Shown: positions 19,217 through 28,530, numbered from the stretch's first letter. The stretch is 64,000 bases of DNA from an uncultured Gammaproteobacteria bacterium (GCA_965231125.1 OZ246414.1:757440-821439), one strand, 5' to 3'. Program-made: numbers and translations. Notes: a model not told the origin generated them from the letters alone.

Positions 19217-19817
19217 AACTCTCTACCAACGCTTTACCGCGGACTGTTGTCACCAGACTGAAGAAAGTCGGATCTACTTTCCACAAAGCCAACAGTAGGC
19301 AGTCTCGGCAAGCCCGAAGAGACAGTTCTGTATCATCCAGACCACCCTTTGGCTCGGTGTGATGGTTCTCGTCGTGATACGACAAGACCCAATCAAGAGC
19401 GGCCGGATCTTGGCTTAGAAGTACCTTACGTAGGCACCCCGGACAGAAGGTTACTTCTTCGTTGCCAACGTCCGCTGTAACTCTCTTACAAGAGCCTTCA
19501 TGACTAGTTCCCTTTAAGGTCCATTCCTCATCATCGTTAAGATCTTGAAGACAAGGGTCGCAGATTCGCACTTGCCCGTCGAGAAGAATGCACGGTGCAG
19601 GTATACCAACCTTCCCAGGACAATACTTAGCTATTTTTAAGGTGCACCAATCTGAACCTCCTTCGAACTCAACCTTTTCTCCCATGGATCTCCTCCTAGG
19701 CCAATTTTGGCCAAAAAAATACCCCCAAGATGGGGGTCGCAGAACCGAGTATTCACCTGTTGCTGGTGGTCTCATTCTGAGTTTTAATTCTAACACAAGC
19801 AAAGGAGGCTTTGTCAA
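19182..19817 (-). CDS. cysteine-rich hypothetical protein, paralog 2 of 18653-19216
   Basis: 211 aa. DWC.LKIAKYC, DGQVRICDPCL, FCPGCLRKV, ACRDCLL and LVTTVRGKALVE align with paralog 1 along the whole length. Confidence 0.45.
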   Translation of the reverse strand: MTKPPLLVLELKLRMRPPATGEYSVLRPPSWGYFFGQNWPRRRSMGEKVEFEGGSDWCTLKIAKYCPGKVGIPAPCILLDGQVRICDPCLQDLNDDEEWTLKGTSHEGSCKRVTADVGNEEVTFCPGCLRKVLLSQDPAALDWVLSYHDENHHTEPKGGLDDTELSLRACRDCLLLALWKVDPTFFSLVTTVRGKALVESFEEGRYFGRSS

Positions 19818-19919
19818 GACAAACTTTGAAAAAGAAAGCCCCGAAACGAAAAGAGCTTGAGTAATAATTTATTTGAGTAATTTAACCTTGGGTACAGCGA
19901 TTAATTGCAATACCCAAGG

Positions 19920-20225
19920 TTACCTAGCCACTCCCTTTATCAGTAATAAAGGAAAGGCAACAGCTGCAAGAAAACACACTAGTGCGATTGAAACCTCGAT
20001 CACCCTATTTTCCCATTCATCAAAGTTTAGAATGTCTCTGGCGAGTCTTCCCCACCACCAGAAAAAGGCCCCTGTTAAACCAACCCAGAAAATTAAGAAA
20101 GCTAGCCCCAACGGCACTGGATAAACCACCAACAACCGAAGGAGCAACCCCGTAACCAGTATGACCAGGAGAAGACCAACCCCAGCTAGTAAGACCTTCA
20201 AAGGTCCCGTATTGAAGAAAATCAT
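19920..20225 (-). CDS. small membrane protein (hypothetical)
   Basis: 101 aa with three hydrophobic helices and W-rich loops. Confidence 0.3.
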   Translation of the reverse strand: MIFFNTGPLKVLLAGVGLLLVILVTGLLLRLLVVYPVPLGLAFLIFWVGLTGAFFWWWGRLARDILNFDEWENRVIEVSIALVCFLAAVAFPLLLIKGVAR

Positions 20226-20283
20226 CTCGCCTCCTTAAAACCGTTTCGCCTCTGACTAACTTCCAACTTACCGTTTATTTTAA

Positions 20284-20334
20284 CACATGCGACCCTCACG
20301 AAGACGGCTACATAAATTTCTTTGGATTAAAAAA
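20284..20334. repeat. 51-bp direct repeat, copy 2 (displaced original 3' end of DUF3465)
   Basis: Exact match to 18439-18489. In the DUF3465 frame it would read ...TCDPHEDGYINFFGLKKSTTA-stop. Confidence 0.85.
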
Positions 20335-20414
20335 GTCTACTACTGCCTGAAAACATTTAGAGCCCCGAGAAAAGGCGTTCCTCGAGGCTCTTTTACTAAC
20401 CTACTTTCACCTGG

Positions 20415-20657
20415 TCAAGGTATTAGCCAGACCAATATTGCTGGTATCACGACTAACAACCCGAGAGAGTAGATCAGAAACCCGGTGCCTTTCATGGCAT
20501 TACTAATCCCAACAGTCGGTACATACCCCGACGCAAGGAAGAATATTAGTCCAAGGACAACCACCGGGATCCCCACAGCAAGAGCTCCAACCACCTCTCT
20601 TCTATTCTTTCTTGCTAGCCTCATCGAGTTCGTCTCAAAGGCGATTTCTCGTGCCAT
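20415..20657 (-). CDS. small membrane protein (hypothetical)
   Basis: 80 aa with two TM helices. Confidence 0.3.
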   Translation of the reverse strand: MAREIAFETNSMRLARKNRREVVGALAVGIPVVVLGLIFFLASGYVPTVGISNAMKGTGFLIYSLGLLVVIPAILVWLIP

Positions 20658-20831
20658 TACACTCCTTCGGAAATTAATCTCTATCCTCTAAGCTGAGTTT
20701 AATCAATTTGGGCTTTGGTGTCAAATAAATTTCTTAGTTACCTTTTGCTGTTTTTAATTCTCCAACTGCTTGGTGAAGTAGTTGAACATCTATTTCGAAG
20801 AATGAAGCCTCGCAACAAAATGCTACGAGGC

Positions 20832-21131
20832 CTAAACGAAACGGTCCAGTGCAAGAAAAATTGTGGCGAAGACAAAAGACGCCACCAAGTACACCGTGAC
20901 TCGGGTATCTTTCTTTGTCTTCAAGATGTCGAGCAAGTAAGCACCAACTAGGAAACAAAGCAGCGCTATCCCCCAACTCGGTACTACGAGAACCCAGTAG
21001 GGAAATTTTAGTGTTTCTATCCTCCCGATTCCCCACAAAGCTACTTGTACACTGCCAAAGATCACGATCGCCCAGTGAACCACCCCCGGCCTGGATGGTT
21101 CAGATGAGGTGGGCGGTTTGGCTGCCGTCAT
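20832..21131 (-). CDS. small membrane protein (hypothetical)
   Basis: 99 aa with three TM helices. It ends 10 nt before the MBL hydrolase start. Confidence 0.35.
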   Translation of the reverse strand: MTAAKPPTSSEPSRPGVVHWAIVIFGSVQVALWGIGRIETLKFPYWVLVVPSWGIALLCFLVGAYLLDILKTKKDTRVTVYLVASFVFATIFLALDRFV

Positions 21132-21140
21132 TTCTCCCTC

Positions 21141-21818
21141 CTAACCATTTTCTTGATCCTCGATCCAGCTTCTAACCGAGTAGTTATTGAAACGCTCGTA
21201 ACGAATCGTGGTTGCCTTTTGGTGACCGGGTTGGACGATCGTTTCGTCAGGCAGTTGAAAGAGCTTTTCGGCGATGCTGCGCATCTCTGTGTCGAAATCG
21301 CCAGGCCTAGTAATTCCGACTGCTCCAGCAAAAAGCGTATCTCCGCTGAAGAGCACATTTACATCTGGGCAGAATAGGCAGATGCTGCCGGGCGTGTGCC
21401 CTGGAGTCTCCAACACCAGCAACTGCAGACCTTCAACTTCAATTAGGTCTCCCTCTTGAGGGTGAAAATCCGGCTGGCGAATCGGTTGTGTCTTGCCGAC
21501 TGCACTTGGCGACCTGTTATGAGCCTTAGTGAGAAGCGGTAGATCAGCCCGATGCAGAAGGAATGGTGCCGCGGTCTTTTCCACTATTTCATTGACACCA
21601 ATCACGTGGTCGAAATGACCATGTGTTGACACAATCCTTTTGATAACCACACCGAGATCTGCTGCTAAACTTAGTATTTTATCAGCTTGTTCGGTCCGAA
21701 AATTAAAAGGATCGATACAGATTGCCTCGCGACTCGCCCGAGAACCAATTATGTAGCAGTTGGTCATGTAACCAACTACAACCTTACCGAAAGCAAGCTC
21801 GCTGACTTCTTCGGTCAT
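21141..21818 (-). CDS. MBL-fold metallo-hydrolase (glyoxalase II-like)
   Basis: 225 aa. HxHxDH motif STHGHFDHVIG. Also ETPGHTPGSICLF and a C-terminal QPGHQ. Confidence 0.8.
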   Translation of the reverse strand: MTEEVSELAFGKVVVGYMTNCYIIGSRASREAICIDPFNFRTEQADKILSLAADLGVVIKRIVSTHGHFDHVIGVNEIVEKTAAPFLLHRADLPLLTKAHNRSPSAVGKTQPIRQPDFHPQEGDLIEVEGLQLLVLETPGHTPGSICLFCPDVNVLFSGDTLFAGAVGITRPGDFDTEMRSIAEKLFQLPDETIVQPGHQKATTIRYERFNNYSVRSWIEDQENG

Positions 21819-22003
21819 TTCTTATCTCCTTTCTCTTCCACCGGCTTGGGTTCTCTTTCAGTCTGCCGACGCGTCATGTATATGAAGTCGATCTTCGTGA
21901 AGCTCTTACACTTCGAGCAGATCACGGGATGCCCATCGCAACTACCCGTCTCGTGACAGCTGCATGTGCACATCTCTTTCCTTTTTGGCACAACCTCCTC
22001 CAT
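21815..22003 (-). CDS. small Cys-rich protein (putative metal-binding)
   Basis: 62 aa, ...CTCSCHETGSCDGHPVICSKCKSF. Overlaps the MBL hydrolase start by 4 nt. Confidence 0.3.
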   Translation of the reverse strand: MEEVVPKRKEMCTCSCHETGSCDGHPVICSKCKSFTKIDFIYMTRRQTEREPKPVEEKGDKK

Positions 22004-22028
22004 TTCTGAGAACCTTCGAAATATTATA

Positions 22029-24005
22029 TCATGCCTTCAGTTCCTCAACTGCTTGGGAAAGTAGCTGGACGTAGAGCTCGAAACCAACCAGGGCGATGTT
22101 ACCGGACTGTTGTACTCCAAGCAAATTCCCCGCGCCGCGAATTTCCAGATCTTTCTTGGCGATTTTAAAACCAGCGCCAAGTTCCTTGGCCTGCGCCATT
22201 GTTACTAGGCGTTCCAGCGCATCACCGGCCGGCACGTAACCTTTGGGGTAAAAAAGGTAGGCATAAGCTTGCTGGCTACTTCGACCTACTCGACCGCGCA
22301 ATTGATACAGATCGGCCAAACCAAACTTTTGGGCGTTCTCGATGATTATTGTGTTGACATTGGGCATGTCCAAACCAGAACCAATAATAGTAGTGCAAAC
22401 TAAAACATCCGCCGCGCAACTATAAAACTCCTCCATCACCATCTCTAGATTTTGACTTTTTACTTTTACCTTTTGACTTATCTTATCCATCTGTCCGTGA
22501 GCAAAAACCACTTTCGCCTTGGGAATCAGTTGCTGAATTTCTAAAGCCTTCCCCGCAATCCCGGCAATATTGTTGTAAACATAATAGACTTGGCCTCCCC
22601 TACTTAATTCATTCTCGATCGCCTCTTTAATTTTTTCTGGCTGATACACCTCAACAAAAGTTTTTATTGGCAGCCGTCCTGCCGGAGCCGTATTTAAAGT
22701 TGAAACGTCGCGAATTTTTGTCAGGGCCATATGAAGAGTCCGAGGGATCGGAGTCGCACTCATGCTTAAAATGTCCACTTGTTCCCGCGCTTTTTTAAGT
22801 TTTTCTTTGGCGGCTACTCCAAAACGGTGTTCCTCATCAATTATTAAAAGCCCCAGGTTTTTGAATTCGACATCGCTACTTAGTAGACGGTGAGTTCCGA
22901 CAACAATATCCGCCTTCCCCATCTTCAAATTTTTCAAAGTCTTATTTTGTTCTTCTTCATCTTTAAAGCGAGAAAGCATTTCCACTTCAACGGGAAATGC
23001 GGCTAGACGATTTTTAAAAATATGGTAGTGTTGCTCCGCTAAGATAGTTGTGGGCACAAGAACGGCTACTTGCTTACTTTCTTGAACCACTTTAAAAGCG
23101 GCTCGCACGGCAATTTCGGTTTTACCAAAACCGACGTCCCCAACCAGCAATCTATCCATCGGTTTATCAGACTCCAGGTCCTTCTTAATTTCGCCAGTCG
23201 CTCTTATCTGATCTCTCGTCTCATCAAACTCAAAACTTTCTTCAAGCTCTCTTTGCCAAGGAGTGTCCGGAGCGTGTTTTGGACGTTTCAAAGTTTCTCT
23301 TTTGGCGTAAAGAGCAAGGAGTTCCTTGGCAATGTCGACGATGGACTCTCTTACTTTTTGTTTAGTGCGTTCCCAAGCACCGGTGCCAAGATAGGAAAGG
23401 GGTGGCTTTCTGCCCGGCGTGCCGATGTATTTGGTAACCCGCTCGATTTGATCTATTGGAACATAAAGCCGGTCACCTTTTGCGTATTCCAAAATTAAAT
23501 AAGTTTTACCGGCATTTTTTTCTATCTCGCGGTACTCGACATTAATAAACTTGCCGATACCGTGATCGATATGGACAACGAAGTCCCCTTTTTCTATTTC
23601 CGAAAGGAAAAGCCTCTGTGTCTCTCCGATTTGCTTTTTGACCCATTTCGGTGCAAAAGCCGGCGTGGATTTATAAGGGATAATAAACAAACTGTTCAAG
23701 CGTTTTATTTTTTCGCCGGTTAGAGAATTGAACAAGTATATTCCTTCAATTTTATCGCCGATTAAATCGATTCTTGCGGGAACCTTGTAACGCTCCAGCC
23801 ACAGATCGACAAGCCCGCCACGGGTTGAAAATTGCCCTTGTTGGTAAGCGTTGCCAGTACCAACAGACTCATAACCAAATTCAACTAATTTTTCAGAAAG
23901 TTCGCGGGGCAAGATTTTTTGGCCTACGGAAATAGTGTATCCTCCCAAACTCGTTTTCGAGGGGTTTTGTGCGTCGGCTCTCTTGATTGTTTTTGAGCGA
24001 GCCAC
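22029..24005 (-). CDS. mfd: transcription-repair coupling factor, short form (CarD/TRCF domain + SF2 helicase)
   Basis: 658 aa. CarD-like RNAP-interacting block [15 protein letters not shown]...[19 protein letters not shown]. Helicase motif [17 protein letters not shown]. Motif [12 protein letters not shown]. Motif [11 protein letters not shown]. It lacks the long UvrB-like N-terminus of canonical Mfd. Confidence 0.75.
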   Translation of the reverse strand: MARSKTIKRADAQNPSKTSLGGYTISVGQKILPRELSEKLVEFGYESVGTGNAYQQGQFSTRGGLVDLWLERYKVPARIDLIGDKIEGIYLFNSLTGEKIKRLNSLFIIPYKSTPAFAPKWVKKQIGETQRLFLSEIEKGDFVVHIDHGIGKFINVEYREIEKNAGKTYLILEYAKGDRLYVPIDQIERVTKYIGTPGRKPPLSYLGTGAWERTKQKVRESIVDIAKELLALYAKRETLKRPKHAPDTPWQRELEESFEFDETRDQIRATGEIKKDLESDKPMDRLLVGDVGFGKTEIAVRAAFKVVQESKQVAVLVPTTILAEQHYHIFKNRLAAFPVEVEMLSRFKDEEEQNKTLKNLKMGKADIVVGTHRLLSSDVEFKNLGLLIIDEEHRFGVAAKEKLKKAREQVDILSMSATPIPRTLHMALTKIRDVSTLNTAPAGRLPIKTFVEVYQPEKIKEAIENELSRGGQVYYVYNNIAGIAGKALEIQQLIPKAKVVFAHGQMDKISQKVKVKSQNLEMVMEEFYSCAADVLVCTTIIGSGLDMPNVNTIIIENAQKFGLADLYQLRGRVGRSSQQAYAYLFYPKGYVPAGDALERLVTMAQAKELGAGFKIAKKDLEIRGAGNLLGVQQSGNIALVGFELYVQLLSQAVEELKA

Positions 24006-24320
24006 TTGCCTTATAGTACACTATCAAGTAAAATTCGACAAAAGAAAGGAGGATAAACTTGGAGAGACGTTATGTCGCGGCTGCTGTTGCAATTCCTTTC
24101 ATCATAGTAGCGTTGTTTTGTTTTTCCATGGTAGGACAACTCACCTACGACATTCAATACCATGTTGTCACCAAATACGATACCCGTTATCTACTCGGAA
24201 TCTTTTCCTTTCTAGGGGTTGTATCGTTTTTAGTGACAATTGAAACCTTGCACATAGCCTTCACGGGAAGAGGGTGGGTTTCGAGGAAAATAATAGGGTG
24301 ACTAATCGGGCCACTGTAAG

Positions 24321-24890
24321 TTAATTCTTCGGTGGCTCTTCTTTTAGCCAGTCTGCGATTAAATCAACTGCTTTTTGAAGGGCCTGCCGCAGTTTTTCTT
24401 TTTCGCCACCGGAAAACTTTTGCAAAACCCAAGCATCTAGTTCCTGCCTGCCGGCAGGAAGGTCCAAATTGCCGTGGACTTCTGGGTCTGGCCGACCGAC
24501 GCCAACCCGAACGCGGTTGAACCCATCGGTTTTTAAAGAATCCATGATGGATTCCACTCCTCGGTGACCGGCAGCACCGCGGGCAAACTGCTTCTTTATT
24601 TCACCAAAAGCAAGATCCACATCATCGTGCACCACTAAAACATTTTCCGGTTTTATTTTGTAAAAGCGGACAATATTGGCCACTGGCCCACCAGAACGGT
24701 TCATAAAAGTCTGCGGCTTGAGCAAAAGGCGTTCCTTATCCAAATAATATAAAATTGCACCCAGCTTTTTGTTTACGTGAGGCGACGCAACATACTTCCT
24801 GATAATTTCATCAATCACCATGAAACCAACATTATGCCGGCTCTGCGCGTACCGCTCACCCGGATTTCCCAATCCAACTACAATCTTCAT
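24321..24890 (-). CDS. pth: peptidyl-tRNA hydrolase
   Basis: 189 aa. MKIVVGLGNPGERYAQSRHNVGF and the conserved HNG/D layout. Confidence 0.9.
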   Translation of the reverse strand: MKIVVGLGNPGERYAQSRHNVGFMVIDEIIRKYVASPHVNKKLGAILYYLDKERLLLKPQTFMNRSGGPVANIVRFYKIKPENVLVVHDDVDLAFGEIKKQFARGAAGHRGVESIMDSLKTDGFNRVRVGVGRPDPEVHGNLDLPAGRQELDAWVLQKFSGGEKEKLRQALQKAVDLIADWLKEEPPKN

Positions 24891-24939
24891 CGTAAATTTA
24901 GATTAACAGTTTAGTAAGAATCTTTGCAAGAAAGGTGAG

Positions 24940-25425
24940 TTATTTTATTATCTCCGGGATTGCTTTCGGGGAAAGACTCGCGAGAATGGCGTCTTCAAGT
25001 TTTTCCATTGCGTTTGCTTCTTCACCTTTTTCGTGATCATAACCAAGCAAGTGCATCAGGCCATGCACAACCAAAAGATTTGCCATATCATCTACAAGAG
25101 TGTTTTCTTTCGCGGCTCTATCCAAAAGCTGGGGATAAGAAATTAGAATCTCGCCCAAGTTTAAATATTTTTGGTCTGGCGGGTTTACAAAATCACGTGG
25201 TCGGGAATTGTCCAAAGTGTAGGGAAAAGCTAAAACATCGGTTGGGGCATCGATACCGCGAAACTGCATGTTCATATCCTTCATTTTCCTGTCGCCAATT
25301 ATCGAAATGCTAACTTCCACTTTGCCCTTCACTTTCATAAATTCTAAAGTTTTTATGCAAGCCCGTGCCAGTTGTGCACGGCGGAGTGGATAATGAGGTT
25401 CAACGTAAACGTCTACTTTAAACAT
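24940..25425 (-). CDS. ybeY: rRNA maturation endoribonuclease YbeY
   Basis: 161 aa. Zinc motif HGLMHLLGYDH. Confidence 0.85.
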   Translation of the reverse strand: MFKVDVYVEPHYPLRRAQLARACIKTLEFMKVKGKVEVSISIIGDRKMKDMNMQFRGIDAPTDVLAFPYTLDNSRPRDFVNPPDQKYLNLGEILISYPQLLDRAAKENTLVDDMANLLVVHGLMHLLGYDHEKGEEANAMEKLEDAILASLSPKAIPEIIK

Positions 25426-25510
25426 AATTTAGAATTTAGAGTTTAGAATTAAGAATTAAATAACTTTGTGGGCAGGGGGAACTAACAACAAGCTAATCTG
25501 AAAAATAACT

Positions 25511-25720
25511 CTACTCGTACTGTTGTCGAAGTTTGGATTTTCTTTCTCGAGCAGATTTTTCCCGTTTGCGAACTACCGAAGGTTTTTCGTAAAATTCGCG
25601 CTTTTTTAGTTCGTTCAAAATCCCTTCGGCTAAAACTTTTTTATTAAATTTTCGAATGAGGACATCCACTGATTCACCCTCTTGCGCTTTAACCTTGGCC
25701 ATAAATTTGTAAAAAAACAC
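25511..25720 (-). CDS. rpsU: 30S ribosomal protein S21; the likely start is the second Met near 25702
   Basis: ...MAKVKAQEGESVDVLIRKFNKKV...KREFYEKPSVVRKREKSAR is a typical bS21. Confidence 0.8.
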   Translation of the reverse strand: MFFYKFMAKVKAQEGESVDVLIRKFNKKVLAEGILNELKKREFYEKPSVVRKREKSARERKSKLRQQYE

Positions 25721-25735
25721 CCCCAGACTTTAGAT

Positions 25736-26053
25736 TCAGTCTCCTAAAATGTGCCAATGCAAATGTGGTACATGTTGGCGTTTTCCACCATTTAAAACTA
25801 GTTGATAACCACCCTGCAATTTTTGCCCCTCTATAATTGTTTGTACCACTTTTACCATTTTTGTCAACAGCTCAAAATGATTGTTAGATAAATCTAAAAA
25901 GCTATTTACGTGCACACGCGGAACAACTAAAAAATGCACTCTTGCTTTTGGATTTACATCCTTAAAAACAACCACATCTTTGTCTTCGTAGACAAAATCC
26001 GTCAGAATTTCTTTATCAATTATCCTACAGAAAAGACATTCATTCTTTGACAT
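25736..26053 (-). CDS. HIT-family (histidine triad) hydrolase
   Basis: 105 aa with the C-terminal HVPHLHWHI histidine-triad motif. Confidence 0.85.
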   Translation of the reverse strand: MSKNECLFCRIIDKEILTDFVYEDKDVVVFKDVNPKARVHFLVVPRVHVNSFLDLSNNHFELLTKMVKVVQTIIEGQKLQGGYQLVLNGGKRQHVPHLHWHILGD

Positions 26054-26071
26054 ACTAAAAAGCTAAGTCTA

Positions 26072-26163
26072 TCCAATTTTTGAGGCTTCACTGGCACAAG
26101 CGCCGATGACTATACTTATAACTTGACTTAATTCGCGCGGATTTGAAGCCGAAAAAATTGTTG
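26072..26163. repeat. 92-bp intergenic repeat family C, copy 1 (exact duplicate of 31564-31655)
   Basis: tccaatttttgaggcttcactggcacaagcgccgatgactatacttataacttgacttaattcgcgcggatttgaagccgaaaaaattgttg is identical in both copies. Each sits between a minus-strand stop and the next minus-strand start. Confidence 0.85.
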
Positions 26164-26169
26164 ATAGTC

Positions 26170-27108
26170 TTAGCGTTTCATACCACCTTTCAACTCATCT
26201 AGTATCTTATACGGAACTTTTAAATAAAATCCTTCAAAGCCTAAGTTCTTCCCAGCACTTCCAAATCCGTGAAAATCACTACCACCGGTAATTAATAAAT
26301 TATATTTTTTGGCTGCCTCTGTAAAGTGGCGGACGCACTCCCTTGTATCTTCTTCGTTTTCTCGATGCGCCAAAGCTTCTACTCCATCAATACCGTCTTT
26401 AACTAAAGCGTCAAAGCCTTTGTCGTCGAACACCAACCGCCCGGCAACTTTTTCAACTAAAGTCCAACAAGGGTGCGCGACTATCGCTACGCCACCGGCT
26501 TTGTGAATCAAATTTATTGCCTCTTTAGGCGTCAGTGCTTTTCTTGGTTCGTAAGCGGCCCCACCGGGAGTTAAATAGCGGCGGATAAATTCTCCCGTGG
26601 ATGGAATGGCGCCAAATTCCTTTTTTAGCTTTTCTTTATTTTCAGCGTCATTAATTACCACCCACGCAATGTGCGGCGCAACTATTGTGCCAGAGGCTAG
26701 AGACTTCACGTCACCAAAATTTATTTGGTACCCTAAACCCACTAGATTTTTAACTACTTTTTTGGACCGCTCTTCCCGGCCGGCGCGAATCTTTGCTAAA
26801 GACTTTTGAAGTTTTGGTTCTTTATAATCTATAAAATAGCCCAGAATATGGTGTTCGGATTCAGGCTCTGGGTGAGCAGTGATTTCTACTGCCGGTACTA
26901 TCTCGATTCTAAGTTTTTTACCAACCTTCCCCGCCTCCTCAATGCCAACAGTATTTTCATGATCTGCAATGGCCACGGCCGAAAGTCCAATTTCACTTGC
27001 CTTTTTAACCAACTCGCCCGGCGTCAAAACACCATCTGAGTGAATCGTATGGGTGTGCAGATCAATATTTCGATTGTCCTTAAGTTTAGTGATAGTGTTT
27101 TTAACCAT
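26170..27108 (-). CDS. PHP-domain phosphoesterase (TrpH/YciV-like)
   Basis: 312 aa. N-terminal IDLHTHTIHSDG PHP motif and further His/Asp metal ligands. Confidence 0.8.
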   Translation of the reverse strand: MVKNTITKLKDNRNIDLHTHTIHSDGVLTPGELVKKASEIGLSAVAIADHENTVGIEEAGKVGKKLRIEIVPAVEITAHPEPESEHHILGYFIDYKEPKLQKSLAKIRAGREERSKKVVKNLVGLGYQINFGDVKSLASGTIVAPHIAWVVINDAENKEKLKKEFGAIPSTGEFIRRYLTPGGAAYEPRKALTPKEAINLIHKAGGVAIVAHPCWTLVEKVAGRLVFDDKGFDALVKDGIDGVEALAHRENEEDTRECVRHFTEAAKKYNLLITGGSDFHGFGSAGKNLGFEGFYLKVPYKILDELKGGMKR

Positions 27109-27253
27109 CAGGGGATTTTACTACTTTTAGCAAAAGAAGACAAATGTGGTAAAATGCACGCAAAGAGAGGTCTTGCCTGATAATCTATTAATCCAAGTCG
27201 GAAAAGGAGGGACAGGTGACTTCGGATGATATGGATGTCCGCCAAACTACTTT

Positions 27254-27466
27254 TTGGTACACAGTCCGAAGTGGCACAATAGGCGGTTTTTGGATTCGGC
27301 AAATGTAGTCCAGCAGCAAGAATTTCCTAAACCGGTATCCCTAGTACTAATGGTAGTGGTCACTAGCGCATTTGGGCTAATTCTTGCCTGCTTAGGAGCA
27401 GCTGCTGGCTCAATAATAGGCTTTGGCATCGCAGTTGCTAATTTCCGCTACAACCATAGCAGGTGA
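27254..27466 (+). CDS. small membrane ORF (hypothetical), ends 2 nt before a G9 tract
   Basis: 70 aa with one strong TM (PVSLVLMVVVTSAFGLILACLGAAAGSIIGFGIAVA). Weak as a gene call. Confidence 0.25.
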   Translation: MVHSPKWHNRRFLDSANVVQQQEFPKPVSLVLMVVVTSAFGLILACLGAAAGSIIGFGIAVANFRYNHSR

Positions 27467-27467
27467 A

Positions 27468-27476
27468 GGGGGGGGG
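27468..27476. repeat. G9 homopolymer tract
   Basis: ggggggggg immediately after TGA at 27464-27466. A further TM-like ORF continues in a different frame across and beyond the tract. Confidence 0.9.
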
Positions 27477-27628
27477 TTTGCTGTGTTGCACCTTGCCATC
27501 ACTAGTTCCAATGCTCTAACCATTAGCGCAGTGGCAGCAGCGGTTCTTATACTGATGTTTGTCTTTGGAGAGCATTGGGAATGATACCCAAACTTACTAA
27601 GAAAAGGTGAGAGGAGGTTTCAAGAAAA

Positions 27629-27787
27629 ATGGAGGACCCAGACCGAGCAGCGGCGATTCAGACATTAAGAAACACTTTCGGTTGGGGCTGCTACCCGCCC
27701 TTTGCCGACTGGATGAATAAGCTGCTGCCTAAAATCCAAAGGCGCGGTTCGAATAAAAAGAAGGAGGGAGGAAAAGGTTGTCCCTAG
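27629..27787 (+). CDS. small ORF (52 aa) with a strong SD, not in the supplied ORF track (below 60 aa)
   Basis: gagaggagg sits 9 nt before ATG. Translation MEDPDRAAAIQTLRNTFGWGCYPPFADWMNKLLPKIQRRGSNKKKEGGKGCP. Hypothetical. Confidence 0.25.
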   Translation: MEDPDRAAAIQTLRNTFGWGCYPPFADWMNKLLPKIQRRGSNKKKEGGKGCP

Positions 27788-28008
27788 GAATAGCTCGTCG
27801 GCAGTGGCTAGTGGTGCTTATCACACCACTAATACTACCTGCCTTGACACTCATCCCGCTGCTCAACTCAGCACCAAACTCAGTGTCTTGGTGGTTCTTA
27901 ATAATCTACCTACCGTCCATGGCGCTGTTTGTCGGTACTGCGTTTTATTGCATGGCGAGGTTCCCGAAATGGCTCGCCGAAGATGTCTTTGGAAGGCACA
28001 AACATTAA
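27778..28008 (+). CDS. small membrane protein (hypothetical), TTG start with aaggaggga SD
   Basis: 76 aa with two TM helices (LVVLITPLILPALTLIPLL and WWFLIIYLPSMALFVGTAFY). Confidence 0.3.
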   Translation: MSLGIARRQWLVVLITPLILPALTLIPLLNSAPNSVSWWFLIIYLPSMALFVGTAFYCMARFPKWLAEDVFGRHKH

Positions 28009-28057
28009 CAACTATCAGCGTCGGTGGTTCGAAGTTTATTCGCGCCACCGACTCTTT

Positions 28058-28468
28058 TTAACGATTCAACCATCGAGCGCGAGCTTTACCACGCCACGTT
28101 AGCGGTGGAACATGTTTTAGCACAGCGTTTAATTTTTCCTCAAATTCCCTCGCATTTTCCATCTCAGCTAGCTTCTGCAAACCAACCTCAACACCCCTTT
28201 TGTACGCAAGTTGATGCTTCATCGAGTTAATTGTTGTCTTACTTACTTTTAAGATATCTCTAATATCGCTTGAGCTAAAACCCCGCTTTAACATCCACAT
28301 TAAAAATAGTCTTTTGGAAAGCATTAATTTTTCTTCGGGGGTTAAGAAATCCGTGAGGAAAATCTTTATTTCTTCCTCATTATCTAACTCAGCAACTAAA
28401 GAGGTGAAAAAATCGACTAACTGTCTGTGGACATCTTTCTCAACTGGAATCCTGGAAACTCTCGGCAT
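28058..28468 (-). CDS. TrpR-related YerC/YecD-like DNA-binding protein
   Basis: 136 aa with a central helix-turn-helix-like segment (...LMLSKRLFLMWMLKRGFSSSDIRDILKVSKTTINSMKHQL...). Size and pattern are consistent with the TrpR-like family common in small-genome bacteria. Confidence 0.4.
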   Translation of the reverse strand: MPRVSRIPVEKDVHRQLVDFFTSLVAELDNEEEIKIFLTDFLTPEEKLMLSKRLFLMWMLKRGFSSSDIRDILKVSKTTINSMKHQLAYKRGVEVGLQKLAEMENAREFEEKLNAVLKHVPPLTWRGKARARWLNR

Positions 28469-28530
28469 TAGTCCAGTATACTGGTATATTGGACTCCTGT
28501 CAATTTAAATATTTTATAAATCAGTGCGCC

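Larger units (their letters stand above)
18490..20283. mobile_element. ~1.8-kb inserted segment bounded by 51-bp direct repeats (putative integrated-element remnant; no integrase seen)
   Basis: Bounded by the exact direct repeats above. G+C is higher than flanks. It carries two paralogous Cys-rich ORFs and a small membrane ORF on the opposite strand to the DUF3465 gene. Confidence 0.35.

Noticed and set aside
26120-26145. Possible tRNA T-arm (GGATTTGAAGCC) inside repeat C. General scan for tRNA T-loop signatures (GGTTCGAATCC / GGATTCGAACC) across the window.
   Set aside because: No acceptor or anticodon arms can be paired around any hit (including 27720 and 28025). No tRNA called.
27254-27476. 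Simple phase-variable on/off switching of the 70-aa ORF by the G9 tract.
   Set aside because: The TGA stop precedes the tract, so G-number changes cannot extend that ORF. Only the relationship with the downstream frame would change.
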